Source: Dendrobates tinctorius (lineage: Eukaryota). Taken from it: a DNA stretch of 64,000 bases. The notes under the pieces are model-generated. The model saw only the letters and a list, made by a program, of their open reading frames with translations. It was not told where the DNA came from and did no database searches. This document shows positions 1-11,704 of the stretch, one piece after another (position 1 is the first letter of the stretch; every line of letters starts with the position of its first letter). The stretch is from assembly GCF_039654945.1 (NCBI RefSeq), contig NW_027361692.1:15190001-15254000 (forward strand). The letters run 5' to 3'. A program made the position numbers and the translations under genes.

Positions 1-1907
1 ATTTCACTGTGGTGTCTTTTTTCTAGTTTTGCCCCCGGTGGCCATTAGGGTCATTGCACCCTGGTTCCTTTAGTTTAGTTGCATATGATTATAGCAGGTG
101 TGATTGCTCTGGCGCTGCAATAAAAGAGTGCCAGGTGTTGCAATCAGTGTTGGTGATAGTATTCATTTCCAACCATCCTTGGTGGAGGAAGGAGCTAGTG
201 AGAGAGTTCCTTGTGGCTCTGACAAGGCCTGGTGAGGTTGCAGCGAATCTGGAGAAAAGCTGCATTCTGGTGGTGGACTCTGTTGCTAGGAGCAAGAGCA
301 ACAGAGCAGAGCTAAGTGGTGTTCCCTGCTTTGTCACTTTCCCTTGTGTGTGTTTCAGTTTAGTGGTGGGATTAGTTTCTGCACCAGCCATTACACTAGA
401 AAGGGGTAGGTGCAGGGCGAGCTAGGGTTTAAAGGTATCCTGAGCGGCGCCCGGTGCGGAACCGGCCTAGGGATTGGTAGGAGCGTAGAGACACTGACTC
501 AGGGGAGTGCAGGAGGTCTCCATGTCCCTGCTCCCTATCGCAGGGCCCACCATTATTATTGTTTCCCTGGTGAATCCCCTTATTATTTAAATTCACCCTG
601 CTGGAGGCGGTGTATCCAGTTTTACGTGTATTTTTGAAATTCGCCTGCTGGAGGCGGTATATCCGGCTGCCCGTCTTATTGTTTAAATTCGCCCTGCTGA
701 AGGCGGTGTATCCAGGGTCACGTGTGTTATAAATTTGCTCTGCTGGAGGCGGTGTGTCCAGTCACACGTCGATCGTGACACTGGACATGGCCTGAAAGCT
801 TGCCATGGCGCACCAAATTATCTGTGCCATCTGAGAAGCCTCATTCCCCTGGTCGCTTGGAGGGAGGCGACCAGGGAGTATACATTTCCTCCATTTTGCC
901 CTCCCAAGGTACCATGTCAGCAGAGGTCTTGGCTGGCGGGGTACCGGTGGTGATACCGGTGCTTGTGGACAGAGGAGCAGGAGTCAGTCTGGTGGATGCT
1001 CGCTTTGTCCAGACTCATGGTCTGAGGTGTAGGACGCTAGCCCAGCCTATAAGTGTCCAGGCCATAAACTCTGTTCCACTGAGCCAGGGGAGCTTGACCA
1101 ATGTCGTAGAGAATATCCATCTGCATGTAGGACATCATGAGGAGTCCTTGTCATGCTACGTCTTGGAAAGAATGCCAGTACTTATTGTTTTAGGCCTCCC
1201 TTGGCTGAAAAAACACAACCTGGTAATAGATTGGTGGGCGAGCGAAGTGGTCAGCAGCGGGCAGTCGTGTGAGGGCTGCTGTCTAGGTACTACTGTCTCT
1301 GCCGTCTCTCTTCAACGGACCCCTTCCTCTCCGGTGAGAGCAGCAGATGGGCTGCAGGAGAGTAGGGGCAAGTCTCAACCCTCGCCAGTGGCCAACCCTG
1401 GGAGGCGCAGACCTCGTGGTGGAAGGGGTTGGAGGGTGGTGTACCCCTTGGCGAAATGCGGGGGTGTGAGTGTGGTGACACAGGGGGACGCCTCTGTTTT
1501 TGATCCCAGAAAGATTTAATCAAATGGTGACAAACGAATGAGTGGCAATAAACGTTCAGGTCCGGACCTGTGTGTGAACGAGCGTGTATGGGTGGCCACC
1601 AAAATACATCCAGTGGAAGTGTGTTGTGGAGTGTTACCCACTCATAATAAGCATACACATACACAACCCATTCCCCAGGTCAGCACTTTGGAGATGTGTG
1701 GTGCCTCCAGAATAGTTGCCAATACCAGAGGGCTCGTTTGTCATCAACCTGACATGCAGGTAGTTGCTGGGGTGAACTCTGGGTCTGGGCGTCCTCGCTG
1801 TAGGTGGTCCCCTGATGAGGAGCGGTCTTGAGGGTCCAGAGGCCCCTCATTAAGGGGAGGGTACTGTCATGATCCCTGCTGGATCAGGATATAAAAAGCA
1901 CAGGTAA

Positions 1908-3369
1908 GGCTAGTTTCACACTTGCTTTTTTTTGCAGCGCGTTTTTCCCGCAAAAAAACGCATTGAAAAAACGCATACAAAAGCATACAACTGCTGCGTT
2001 TTTTTCAAGCATTTTTATGAGCATGCATGAAAAAAACGCAGCGTTTTTATGCGTTTGTATGCGTTTTTAGTGCGTTTTTACCGCGTTTGTGTTTTTTCCA
2101 AACATTAGGTGGCCCCTCACACTAACCCAANNNNNNNNNNNNNNNNNNNNNNNNNNNNNNNNNNNNNNNNNNNNNNNNNNNNNNNNNNNNNNNNNNNNNN
2201 NNNNNNNNNNNNNNNNNNNNNNNNNNNNNNNNNNNNNNNNNNNNNNNNNNNNNNNNNNNNNNNNNNNNNNNNNNNNNNNNNNNNNNNNNNNNNNNNNNNN
2301 NNNNNNNNNNNNNNNNNNNNNNNNNNNNNNNNNNNNNNNNNNNNNNNNNNNNNNNNNNNNNNNNNNNNNNNNNNNNNNNNNNNNNNNNNNNNNNNNNNNN
2401 NNNNNNNNNNNNNNNNNNNNNNNNNNNNNNNNNNNNNNNNNNNNNNNNNNNNNNNNNNNNNNNNNNNNNNNNNNNNNNNNNNNNNNNNNNNNNNNNNNNN
2501 NNNNNNNNNNNNNNNNNNNNNNNNNNNNNNNNNNNNNNNNNNNNNNNNNNNNNNNNNNNNNNNNNNNNNNNNNNNNNNNNNNNNNNNNNNNNNNNNNNNN
2601 NNNNNNNNNNNNNNNNNNNNNNNNNNNNNNNNNNNNNNNNNNNNNNNNNNNNNNNNNNNNNNNNNNNNNNNNNNNNNNNNNNNNNNNNNNNNNNNNNNNN
2701 NNNNNNNNNNNNNNNNNNNNNNNNNNNNNNNNNNNNNNNNNNNNNNNNNNNNNNNNNNNNNNNNNNNNNNNNNNNNNNNNNNNNNNNNNNNNNNNNNNNN
2801 NNNNNNNNNNNNNNNNNNNNNNNNNNNNNNNNNNNNNNNNNNNNNNNNNNNNNNNNNNNNNNNNNNNNNNNNNNNNNNNNNNNNNNNNNNNNNNNNNNNN
2901 NNNNNNNNNNNNNNNNNNNNNNNNNNNNNNNNNNNNNNNNNNNNNNNNNNNNNNNNNNNNNNNNNNNNNNNNNNNNNNNNNNNNNNNNNNCCCTAACTCT
3001 AACACAAACCCCTAAATTCCATTGTCTAAACTAATGGTAAAAAAAAAAACGCATGTGCAAAAAAACGCATACATAAGCATGCCAATGCGCACATATGCTC
3101 ACCATAGACTTATAATGGGTGTCTTGCTGTAAAAAAACGCATTGCGCGCGCATGCGTTTTTTTGAGGCAAGTCGGACGCCCAAAAAATGCAACAGGTTGC
3201 ATTTTGTGCGCCCGAGCGCATACCGCAAAAAAACGCATGCGCGGAAAAACGCGTACAAACGCATGTGTATGCGCACATAAGCGCATCCCATGCAAAGTAT
3301 AGGAAAAAAAACGCATGCGCTATTTAGCGCTAAAATACCGCTAAAAAAAACGCAAGTGTGAAACCAGCC
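1908..3369. mobile_element. PIF/Harbinger-type MITE inserted in the 3' LTR; contains the assembly gap
   Basis: TIR ggctagtttcacacttgc / gcaagtgtgaaaccagcc; TAA target duplication; aaaaaacgca subterminal repeats. Confidence 0.8.
2131..2990. other. Assembly gap (860 N)
   Basis: Run of n. Confidence 1.
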
Positions 3370-3773
3370 TAACCTTTTTTTTCTATGCTTAGGTTTGGTT
3401 TTTGCCCCGGTGGCCATTAGGATTATTGCACTGTGGTGTCGTTTGTTCTAAGTTTACCCCCGGTGGTGGTGAGCGTCATTGCACTCTGGTTGCTTTAGTT
3501 TAGTGCACATGATTTAATGCAGGTGTGATTGCTGGCTATTACCTATAAAAGAGACACAGTTGTTGCAATCAGTGTTGGTGATAGTGTTCATTTCAACCAT
3601 TGGTGGAGGAAGGAGCTGGAGAGCGTTCCTTGCAGCACTGTCTTAGCCCTGGTGTGGAAGGAGTCAGAGGGGATTTCCTTGTCGCTCTGACAGAGCTTGG
3701 TGGCAGCTCTTCAGGAGGAGAGCTGCATTCTGGTGGTGGACTCTGTTGCCAGGAGCAAGTGCAACAGAGTAAC

Positions 3774-4740
3774 GCTATCTGGGTGTGACTCTGGAAAAAC
3801 AAGCCGAGGAGATTTTCCATTTTTCCAGACCTACACCTTATAGAGCTGTCCGCTTTTCAAACAGTTTCGTATATCTGCTGTTTGATGACGGTCAAAACTA
3901 GACAGAGACAGCTTGTGTCAGTGCGTATAAAAATAGATGGAGATTAACAATTTTCCATACAGACACTGTATAGCGGTGTACACCCCTCACACACTACTGT
4001 GTACCGGCTGGTATCGCAGACAAATAGAAGCTATCTGTGTGTGACTCTGGAAAAACAAGCCGAGAAGATTTTCCATTTTTCCAGACCTACACCTTATAGA
4101 GTTGTCCACTTTTCAAACAGTTTCGTATATTTGCTGTTTGATGATGGTCAAAACTATACAGAGACAGCGTGTGTCACTCAGTATAAAAATAGACGGAGAT
4201 TGACAATTTCCATACAGACACCATATAGCGGTGTACACTCCTCACACACTACCGTGTATCAGCTTGTATCACAGACAAATAGAAGCTATCTGGGTGTGAA
4301 TCTGGAAAAACAAGCCGAGGAGATTTTCCATTTTTCCAGACCTACACCTTATAGAGCTGTCCGCTTTTCAAACAGTTTCGTATATCTGCTGTTTGATGAT
4401 GGTCAAAACTAGACAGAGACAGCGTGTGTCAGTCCGTATGAAAATAGACAGATTGGCAATTTTCCATACAGACACCATATAGCGGTGTACGCTCCTCACA
4501 CACTACCGTGTACCCGCTGGTATCACGGACAAAATGAAGCTATCTGGGTGTGACTCTGGAAAAACAAGCCAAGGAGATTTTCCATTTTTCCAGACCTACA
4601 CCTTATAGAGCTGTCCGTTTTTCAAACAGTTTCGTATATCTGTTGTTTGATGACGGTCAAAACTAGACAGAGACAGCATGTGTCACTCCGTATAAAAATA
4701 GATGGAGATTGACAATTTTCCATACAGACACCATATAGAG
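3774..4740 (+). repeat. ~255-bp tandem repeat, ~3.8 copies, upstream of the hAT transposase
   Basis: Unit start gctatctgggtgtgactctgg recurs at 3774, 4030, 4285 and 4539. Confidence 0.92.
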
Positions 4741-5038
4741 CTGTCCGATTCTCAAACAGTATTGTATATCTGTCGTTCGCATTACAGTCACATCTACAGA
4801 GTCAGTGTGTGTGTGTGCCACTCCGTAAATACATATACAAAAAACGCATACAGCTGTACACTTCGGATACAGTTCCGTATATCTGCTTGTTGGATTACGG
4901 TCAAATACATACTGTGAGAGCAACTGTGACTAACAAAATATATACGTAGATTTAATTTTTTTAATACACCTTACACAGCTGGACGCTCCTCATACAGTAC
5001 CATCTCTCTGCTGCTTTTTTTGGTACATTTTCCCAAAC

Positions 5039-8000
5039 ATGAGGAAGTATGGTGGAAGAGTCCACGGATGTGGGCAGGGGGGCACAGCTGGTACTGATGG
5101 TGGTGGTGCATCGGCTGGTTCTGGCAAAAGCAGAATAGCAGCTAAGGCAGGAGGTGTTGAGCCTGCGTCATCGTCTGGCCCAAGAAGGCCTGTAAGGTTC
5201 CCTTTTCTTGTAGTAGGAAAACCGCTTTTAAAGCCGGAGCATCAGGAACAGGTTTTGGCGTACATTGCCGAAACAGCCACCAGCTCTATTGCCTCCTCTT
5301 CTGAACGTTCGAAACAAACCTGCAAGCACGGAGTCGTCAGTGCAGGGTCCTTCACCCCCACCAAAAGTTAAGGATGCGGCAGCCCACACTTCAGATTACT
5401 CTATGGAACTCTTTTCATATACCATGCCTGGGTTATCCAGTCAAATCCTGAATTTCTAAGTCCAAGATGAATCTGACATGGAGTGCACTGATGCACAGCC
5501 ACTGCTAGAAGATTCTGCTGGTACATTGACCCAGAGCACAACATTGCCCTCACAGTCTACTGAGCCAGAATCTGACCCTGATGAAACTCAGGTGCCCCTT
5601 CCCGCATACTTTACCACCTTACACGGTGACACAGAGGAAGGTAAAGAGGAAGGTGCAGATAACTTTGAAGAGGAGGTGATGGATGAGCCAGTTCTTGACC
5701 CGGATTGGCATCCATTGGGGGAGGAGGGTGGCGCTGGCAATAGTTCAGATAAGGAGAAGGATCCGCAGCAGGCATTGACATCGCAGCAGCGGTTATCTGG
5801 CAGGCCCGTAGCTGTCCAAAAACATGAAACAAAAACTAAAAAAGAGTTGCAGGAAAGCTTGGCCAGACGGTCAACTTAGCACAGCGTGCCAGGCCAGAAA
5901 ATGTATACCATAGTAGGAAGAGTGCAGTGTGGCACTTCTTTGTCCAAAATCCTATTGATGAGGCAAAGGTTACCTGTAAGAGTGCGGAAGGACCTTTAGC
6001 TGAGGTAAACAACTCAGAAATTTGAATACCAGTTGCATACTTAGACATTTAATCAACATGCACTTGCAAGCGTGGACGGACTACAAAACCTCAGGTACCA
6101 CATGTGCACCTGCTCCGACTGAAGGTAGCCAGCAACGCTCCATTGCTTCCCCCACTGTAAGACCACCTCCACCATTAAGCACACCACCAGCACTAAATGT
6201 GGAGGTGTCATCGCAAGGCCAAAGCACTCAGGGAATCACAATGGTTTTGCAACACAACACTGAATCTAGGCCATCACCACCAATACCATCACCAACCCTC
6301 TTTCACTCTGTCCGGTCCACCGCTACTTCCCCCATATGCACCTCTCCAGTCCTGCTCACCCTACCAGACACTCTGAGTAGGACAAGAAAGTACTCATCCT
6401 CTCATCTGCGTACACTGGCTTTGAACGCTTACATTGGCAAACTAATCTCATTAGAGATGATGCCCTACCGTTTGGTTGAAAGTGAAGCTTTCCGCGAGCT
6501 CATGGCCTTCGCTGTCCCACGCTATGACCTACCCAGTCGGCACTTCTTTTCTCAAAAAGCCATCCTTGCCCTCCACCGGCATGTGAAAGACCGCATTGTC
6601 CATGCACTAAAACAGTCAGTGAGTGGAAAGGTGCACCTCACAACAGATGCATGGACCAGTAGGCATGGCCAGGGCCATTACGTGTCCATCACTGCGCACT
6701 GGGTTAATGTGGTGGATGCAGGCTCCACTGGGTACAGCGGCGGTGGAACAGTGCTGCCTAGCCCACGGTATAGGAAACAGTTGGCTGTAGGTTTTTGACC
6801 CTCCTCCATAAGCGAAAGCTCGTCTACAGAGCGCAGTCGCACGAGCACTCCATCCGCAGCTGGCAGTGTTGCACATGAGGTGTCTCACTATCGAACAGCT
6901 AGTGGTAAGCGTCAGCAGGCTGTGTTAAAGAAGATGTCTTTGGTCGACAACAGACACACTGCGGAGATACTGGCCGACTACTTGCAGCGACAAACTGAGT
7001 CATGGCTGGGCAGTCTACATCTTGAGGCAGGTAAGGCAGTCAGTGATAACGGACGTAATTTTGTGGCAGCCATAGTCCGTGCAAAAGTCACACACATACC
7101 TTGCCTGGCTCACACTTTGAACCTGGTGGTGCAGTGCTTCCTTAATAATTATACGGAGTTAACATCCCTGCTCCATAAGGTGTGAAGACTGTGCTCGCAC
7201 ATCCGTCGCTCAAACGACCACTCCACTCATATGCAGAAGCTGCAGTGATTGCTCCACCTCCCCAAGCACCGCCTAATCATAGATGTTGCAACAAGGGGGA
7301 ACTCCACCCTGCACATGGTTGAGAGGCTGTGCAAACAGAGACAGGCTGTAATGCATTTGTGGGAGGATACACGGGCAGGCAGACATGGAATTGTTGGGTG
7401 TGCAGTGGTCAAAGCTGAAAGACCTCTGTAAAGTCCTTCAGTGTTTTGAGGAATGCAAATGGCTGGTAAGTGCAGATGACGCCATCATTAGCATGAGCAT
7501 CCCACTTATGCGTCTGCTCATGCAAAGTTTGACGCACATTAAGGATCAGGTGTCTGCAGCAAAGGAGGAACAAAAGGAGGAGGAGGAGGGAAGCCTTGCT
7601 GACAGTCAGCCACTGTCTGGTCAGGGAACTGTCCTGGATGAGGTGGAGGAAGAAGAGGAAGAGGAGGAGGATGAGGGGGATGATTATGTTGGGCAGGAGG
7701 ATGCTTCTCAGGGGGCAAAAGAAAATGTTGGCGTTCCAAGGTCAGGTACAGTGTTTATGCGTGACTGTAGGGATGTGGATTTGCCAGAAAGTGCTCCTCC
7801 ACTCAGCACTCGCAGTGCATTATTGACACCTGGAACATTGGCCCACATGTGCGATTATGCCTTGCGGATCGTAAAAAGGGACATCCGCTTTGCCAAAATG
7901 ATGAAGGATGATGACTACTGACTGGCCAGCATCCTCGATCCACGCTACAAAGGCAAATTACACAACATCATGCCATAGGAGAACCTAGAGATAATATTGG

Positions 8001-11000
8001 CTAACAAACAAACAACTCTGGCAAACCGATTGTTTGAGGCTTTCCCAGCACACAGCAGCGGTGCTGGTTCTTACACGAGCCGTAGTGGGCACAATGGAAA
8101 AGATGTGTTCTTGGAGCACACAACCGAAGTGGCGTTGGAGACAGGGGTTTAATGACCATGTTGTGGAATGATTTCACAAGTACAGCTCACACGACTACTA
8201 ATACTGCATTGATTAAAAGTGACAGGAGACAGCAGTTGTCAACTATGGTTACAAACTACTCCTCCCATATCGATGGTCTCCCTCACAGGTCATTCCCCTG
8301 TGACTATTGGGCCTCTAAACTGGACACCCGGCCTGAATTGGCACACTAAGCCTTACAGGAGCTCGCTTGTCCTGCTGCTAGTGTGTTATCTGAAAGAGTC
8401 TTTGTCATGTTCCAGGTTGGATTATGACAGATTTTGCACAAGTAACCTTTTTTTCCTTTAAGCTGTTCTCTTAAAGTTAGTTTTGCCCCCGGTGGCCATT
8501 AGGGTCATTACACTGTAGTTGGTTTAGTTCTAGTTTTGCCCCCGGTGGCCGTTAGGGTCATTGCACTCTGGTTACTTTGGTTCAGTTGCCCCCAGTGGCC
8601 GCTAGGGTTATTGCACGTGATAATGAAGCGGGTGTGATACCCTGGCTCCTATCTAAAAAAGGAGTTGCAGGTGGTCTCACTCATTTGGTGATATTGCTCA
8701 TTTCCAACCAAGTCTGGTGAAGGAAGGAACTACAGACAGGAGTTCCTGGCAGCTCAGGGGAGCTCTGGTGTAATAGTTTCAGGTGCAAGCTGAATTCAGG
8801 TGTCGAGCTTCAGGGGTGAAGCTGATCTTTGGTGTCGTACTCTGTTGCTGGGAGCAATAGTAACAGAGCTAAGCTAAGTGGTGTTTTTCCCTGTTTGTTA
8901 CTTTCCTTGTGTGTGTATTAGTGCAGTGGTGGGATTAGTTTCTGCACCGTCCAATTCACTAGAAAGGGATAGGTGCAGGGCGAGCTAGGGATTTGAGGTA
9001 TCCAGCTCGTCGCCAGGTTCGGAACGTGCCTAGGGATCGTCTGGAGTGTAGGGACACTGACTCAGGGGAGTGCAGGCGTTCTCCACGTCCCCGTTCCCTA
9101 TTGCAGGGCCCTCCATTGTAACTGTTTCCCCAGTGTTTCGCTTAACTCTGTTTAAATTCGCCCTGATGGAGGCGGTGTATCCAGGTTCACAGGTGTTATA
9201 GAAATTCGCCCTGCTGGAGACAGTGTATCCAGTCACACGTGACATCACATTATCACCAACCATAACATTTTTCTCTGGTGAGTCATGGGCCAAGTTCAGA
9301 CCGGTGAGCAGTTGCTGCTGGTCCTCACTGAGATGTGTGAGGAGCTGAATGATGTGTTTAAGCAGAACCTGCAGCGGAATTATGGGTCTGAGGCCTACCC
9401 TCTGCCTCAACTAGAGGGTCCATTTGCGGCTTTGGCAAAGATGCGCCTTGGAGTCCCTGCTGGGGAGCAGGACTTGCTTATACAGGCGGACATACCCAGG
9501 CAGGTGGGAGGAGTTGTTGTCCCCATGGTGCTGCCTGGTGTTTCCCAAGGTGAAGGGGTATGTCCCTGTAATGAGCAGACTTGGCACTCACGCCGAAAAT
9601 TTGGTGATATCAGAAAAGCCGTGTCCCCCTGGTCGTGTGGAGGAAGACGACCTGGGAGTATATATTTCCTCCTCGCCCTCAGAAGGTACTATGTCAGCAG
9701 AGGTGATGGTTGGCGAGGTACCTGAGGGCATACCAGTGCTTGTTAACAGTGGAGCAGAAGTCAGTCTGGTGGATGCTCAGTTTGTCCAGACTGATGGTCT
9801 GAGGTGTGAGACGCCGGACAAACCCATAAGCGTCCAGGCCATTAACTCTGTCCCACTGAGCCAGGGGGGTTAAACCAAGTCGTAGAAGACGTGCTGCATA
9901 GTGGACATCATTATGAGTCCCAGTCATACAACGTCTTGGAGGGAAATCCAGCACCTATCGTTGTGGGCCCCCCGTGGTCTAAAAAACACAACCCGGTCTT
10001 AGATTGGCGGACTAGGGAAGTAGTCAGCTGGGAGCAGTCATGTGACGGCTGCTGCCTAGGGGCTACTGTCTCTGCCGTCTCTCTACAAACGTCCCCTTCC
10101 TCTCCAATGAGAGCAGCGGAGGTGCTGCAGGAGAGTAGGGGCAAGTCTCAACCCTCGCCATTAGCCAACCCTGAGAGGCGCAGACCTCGTAGTGGGAGGG
10201 GTTGGAGGGTGGTGTACCCCTTGGTGAATTGCAGGGGTGTGAGTGTGGTGACACAGGACGACGCCTCTGTTGTCAGTTCCAGAAAGAGTTCACCGTATTG
10301 TGACAAACGAATGTGTGGCAATAAACGTTCAGGTCAGGACCTGTGTGTGAATGAGCATGTATGGGTGGCCACCACAAAACATCCAGTGGAAGTGTGTTGC
10401 GGAGACTTACCAGCTGGAGTTACCCACAAACTTGCCCATACACCACTTGTTCCCCAGATCGGTGCTTTGGAGATGAGTGGTGCCTCCGGAACATACATTG
10501 ACAATACCAGCGGTGCTCGTTTGTCATAAACCTGAAGTTCAGGTAGTTGTTTGGGTGAACTCTGGATCTGGGCGTCCCCACTGTAGGTGGTTTTTTTTGG
10601 TGAAGAGTGGTCTTGAGGGTACAGAGGCCCCTCATTGAGGGAGGGTATTGTCATGATCCCTGTTGGATTATGACAGATTTTGCACAAGTAACCTTTTTCT
10701 TCCCTTTAAGCTGTTGGCTTAAAGTTAGTTTTGCCCCCGGTGGCCATTAGGGTCATTACACTGTAGTTGTTTTAGTTCTAGTTTTGCCCCCGGTGGCCGT
10801 TAGGGTCATTGCACTCTGGTTACTTTGGTTCAGTTGCCCCCCGGTGGCCGCTAGGGTTATTGCATGTGATAATGAAGCGGGTGTGATACCCTGGCTCCTA
10901 TCTAAAAAGGAGTTGCAGGTCGTCTCACTCATTTGGTGATATTGCTCATTTCCAACCAAGTCTGGTGAAGGAAGGAACTACAGACAGGAGTTCCTGGCAG

Positions 11001-11590
11001 CTCAGGGGAGCTCTGGTGTAATAGCTTCAGGTGGAAGCTGAATTCAGGTGTCGAGCTTCAGGGGTGAAGCTGAATTTTGGTGTCGTACTCTGTTGCTGGG
11101 AGCAATAGTAACAGAGTTAAGCTAAGTGGTGTTTTTTCCTGTTTGTCACTTTCCTTGTGTGTGTATTAGTGCAGTGGTGGGATTAGTTTCTGCACCGTCC
11201 AATTCACTAGAAAGGGATAGGTGCAGGGCGAGCTAGGGATTTGAGGTATCCAGCTCATCACCAGGTGCGGAACCTGCCTAGGGATCGTCAGGAGTGTGGG
11301 GACTCTGACTCAGGGGAGTGCAGGAGGTCTCCACATCCCCGTTCCCTATTGCAGGGCCCTCCATTGTAACTGCTTCCCCGGTGTTTCCCTTAACTCTGTT
11401 TAAATTCGCCCTGCTGGAGGCGGTGTATCCAGTCACACGTGACATTACAGTCTTCAGTGCTGCTGGATCAATCCTGACAGAAAAAAGGACCCGTCTGTAG
11501 ACCCAAAATGTTGGAGATCTAACCTTCATTAAAATGAACCATGCATGGGTTTCAAAGGATTTTGTCCCACCTACCCTGATGACACATAGG
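5039..11590 (+). pseudogene. hAT (ZBED-like) transposase pseudogene, 5039-8402 plus 11450-11590
   Basis: BED-finger remnant (SAVWHFF..C..C..LRHL), VHLTTDAWTS, SDNGRN, CLAHTLNLVV, DVATRGNST, and dimerisation domain (PAASVLSERVFSAAG) split by the LTR element; many stops and frameshifts. Confidence 0.92.
8403..11449 (+). mobile_element. Non-autonomous Ty3/Gypsy LTR element, copy B (LTRs 8403-9249 and 10649-11449)
   Basis: TG...CA ends; 5-bp TSD gtctt (8398-8402, 11450-11454); PPT gagggagggtat; degenerate protease (VLVNSGA); no RT, RNase H or integrase core. Confidence 0.93.
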
Positions 11591-11704
11591 TTGCCATAAA
11601 ACTGCCTCGCTTTTGTCCTCCTCTTCCTCGGACTTGCCCTATTCTGCCATTTGCAGCAGCTGAATGTCCAGCCTACAAATCAACATGTGCCATTTTTTAA
11701 ACCT

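Larger units (their letters stand above)
1..3773 (+). mobile_element. Non-autonomous Ty3/Gypsy LTR element, copy A (5' LTR partial to ~780, internal 781-1864, 3' LTR from 1865, interrupted and truncated)
   Basis: Direct repeats 1-300 vs 3400-3770; polypurine tract aaggggagggtac followed by TGTCATG at 1865; retropepsin-like ORF 800-1519 (VLVDRGA...VLGLPWLKKHN..IDW). Confidence 0.85.

Noticed and set aside
1810-1840. CTGATGA in the LTR element internal region as a hammerhead core
   Set aside because: No helix II, GAAA or closing helix follows.
2067-3015. ORFs of ~300 aa
   Set aside because: Artefacts of translating the N gap.
5039-8402. Domesticated ZBED gene
   Set aside because: Multiple stops and frameshifts, an LTR insertion in the dimerisation domain, and a second dispersed copy with a TIR.
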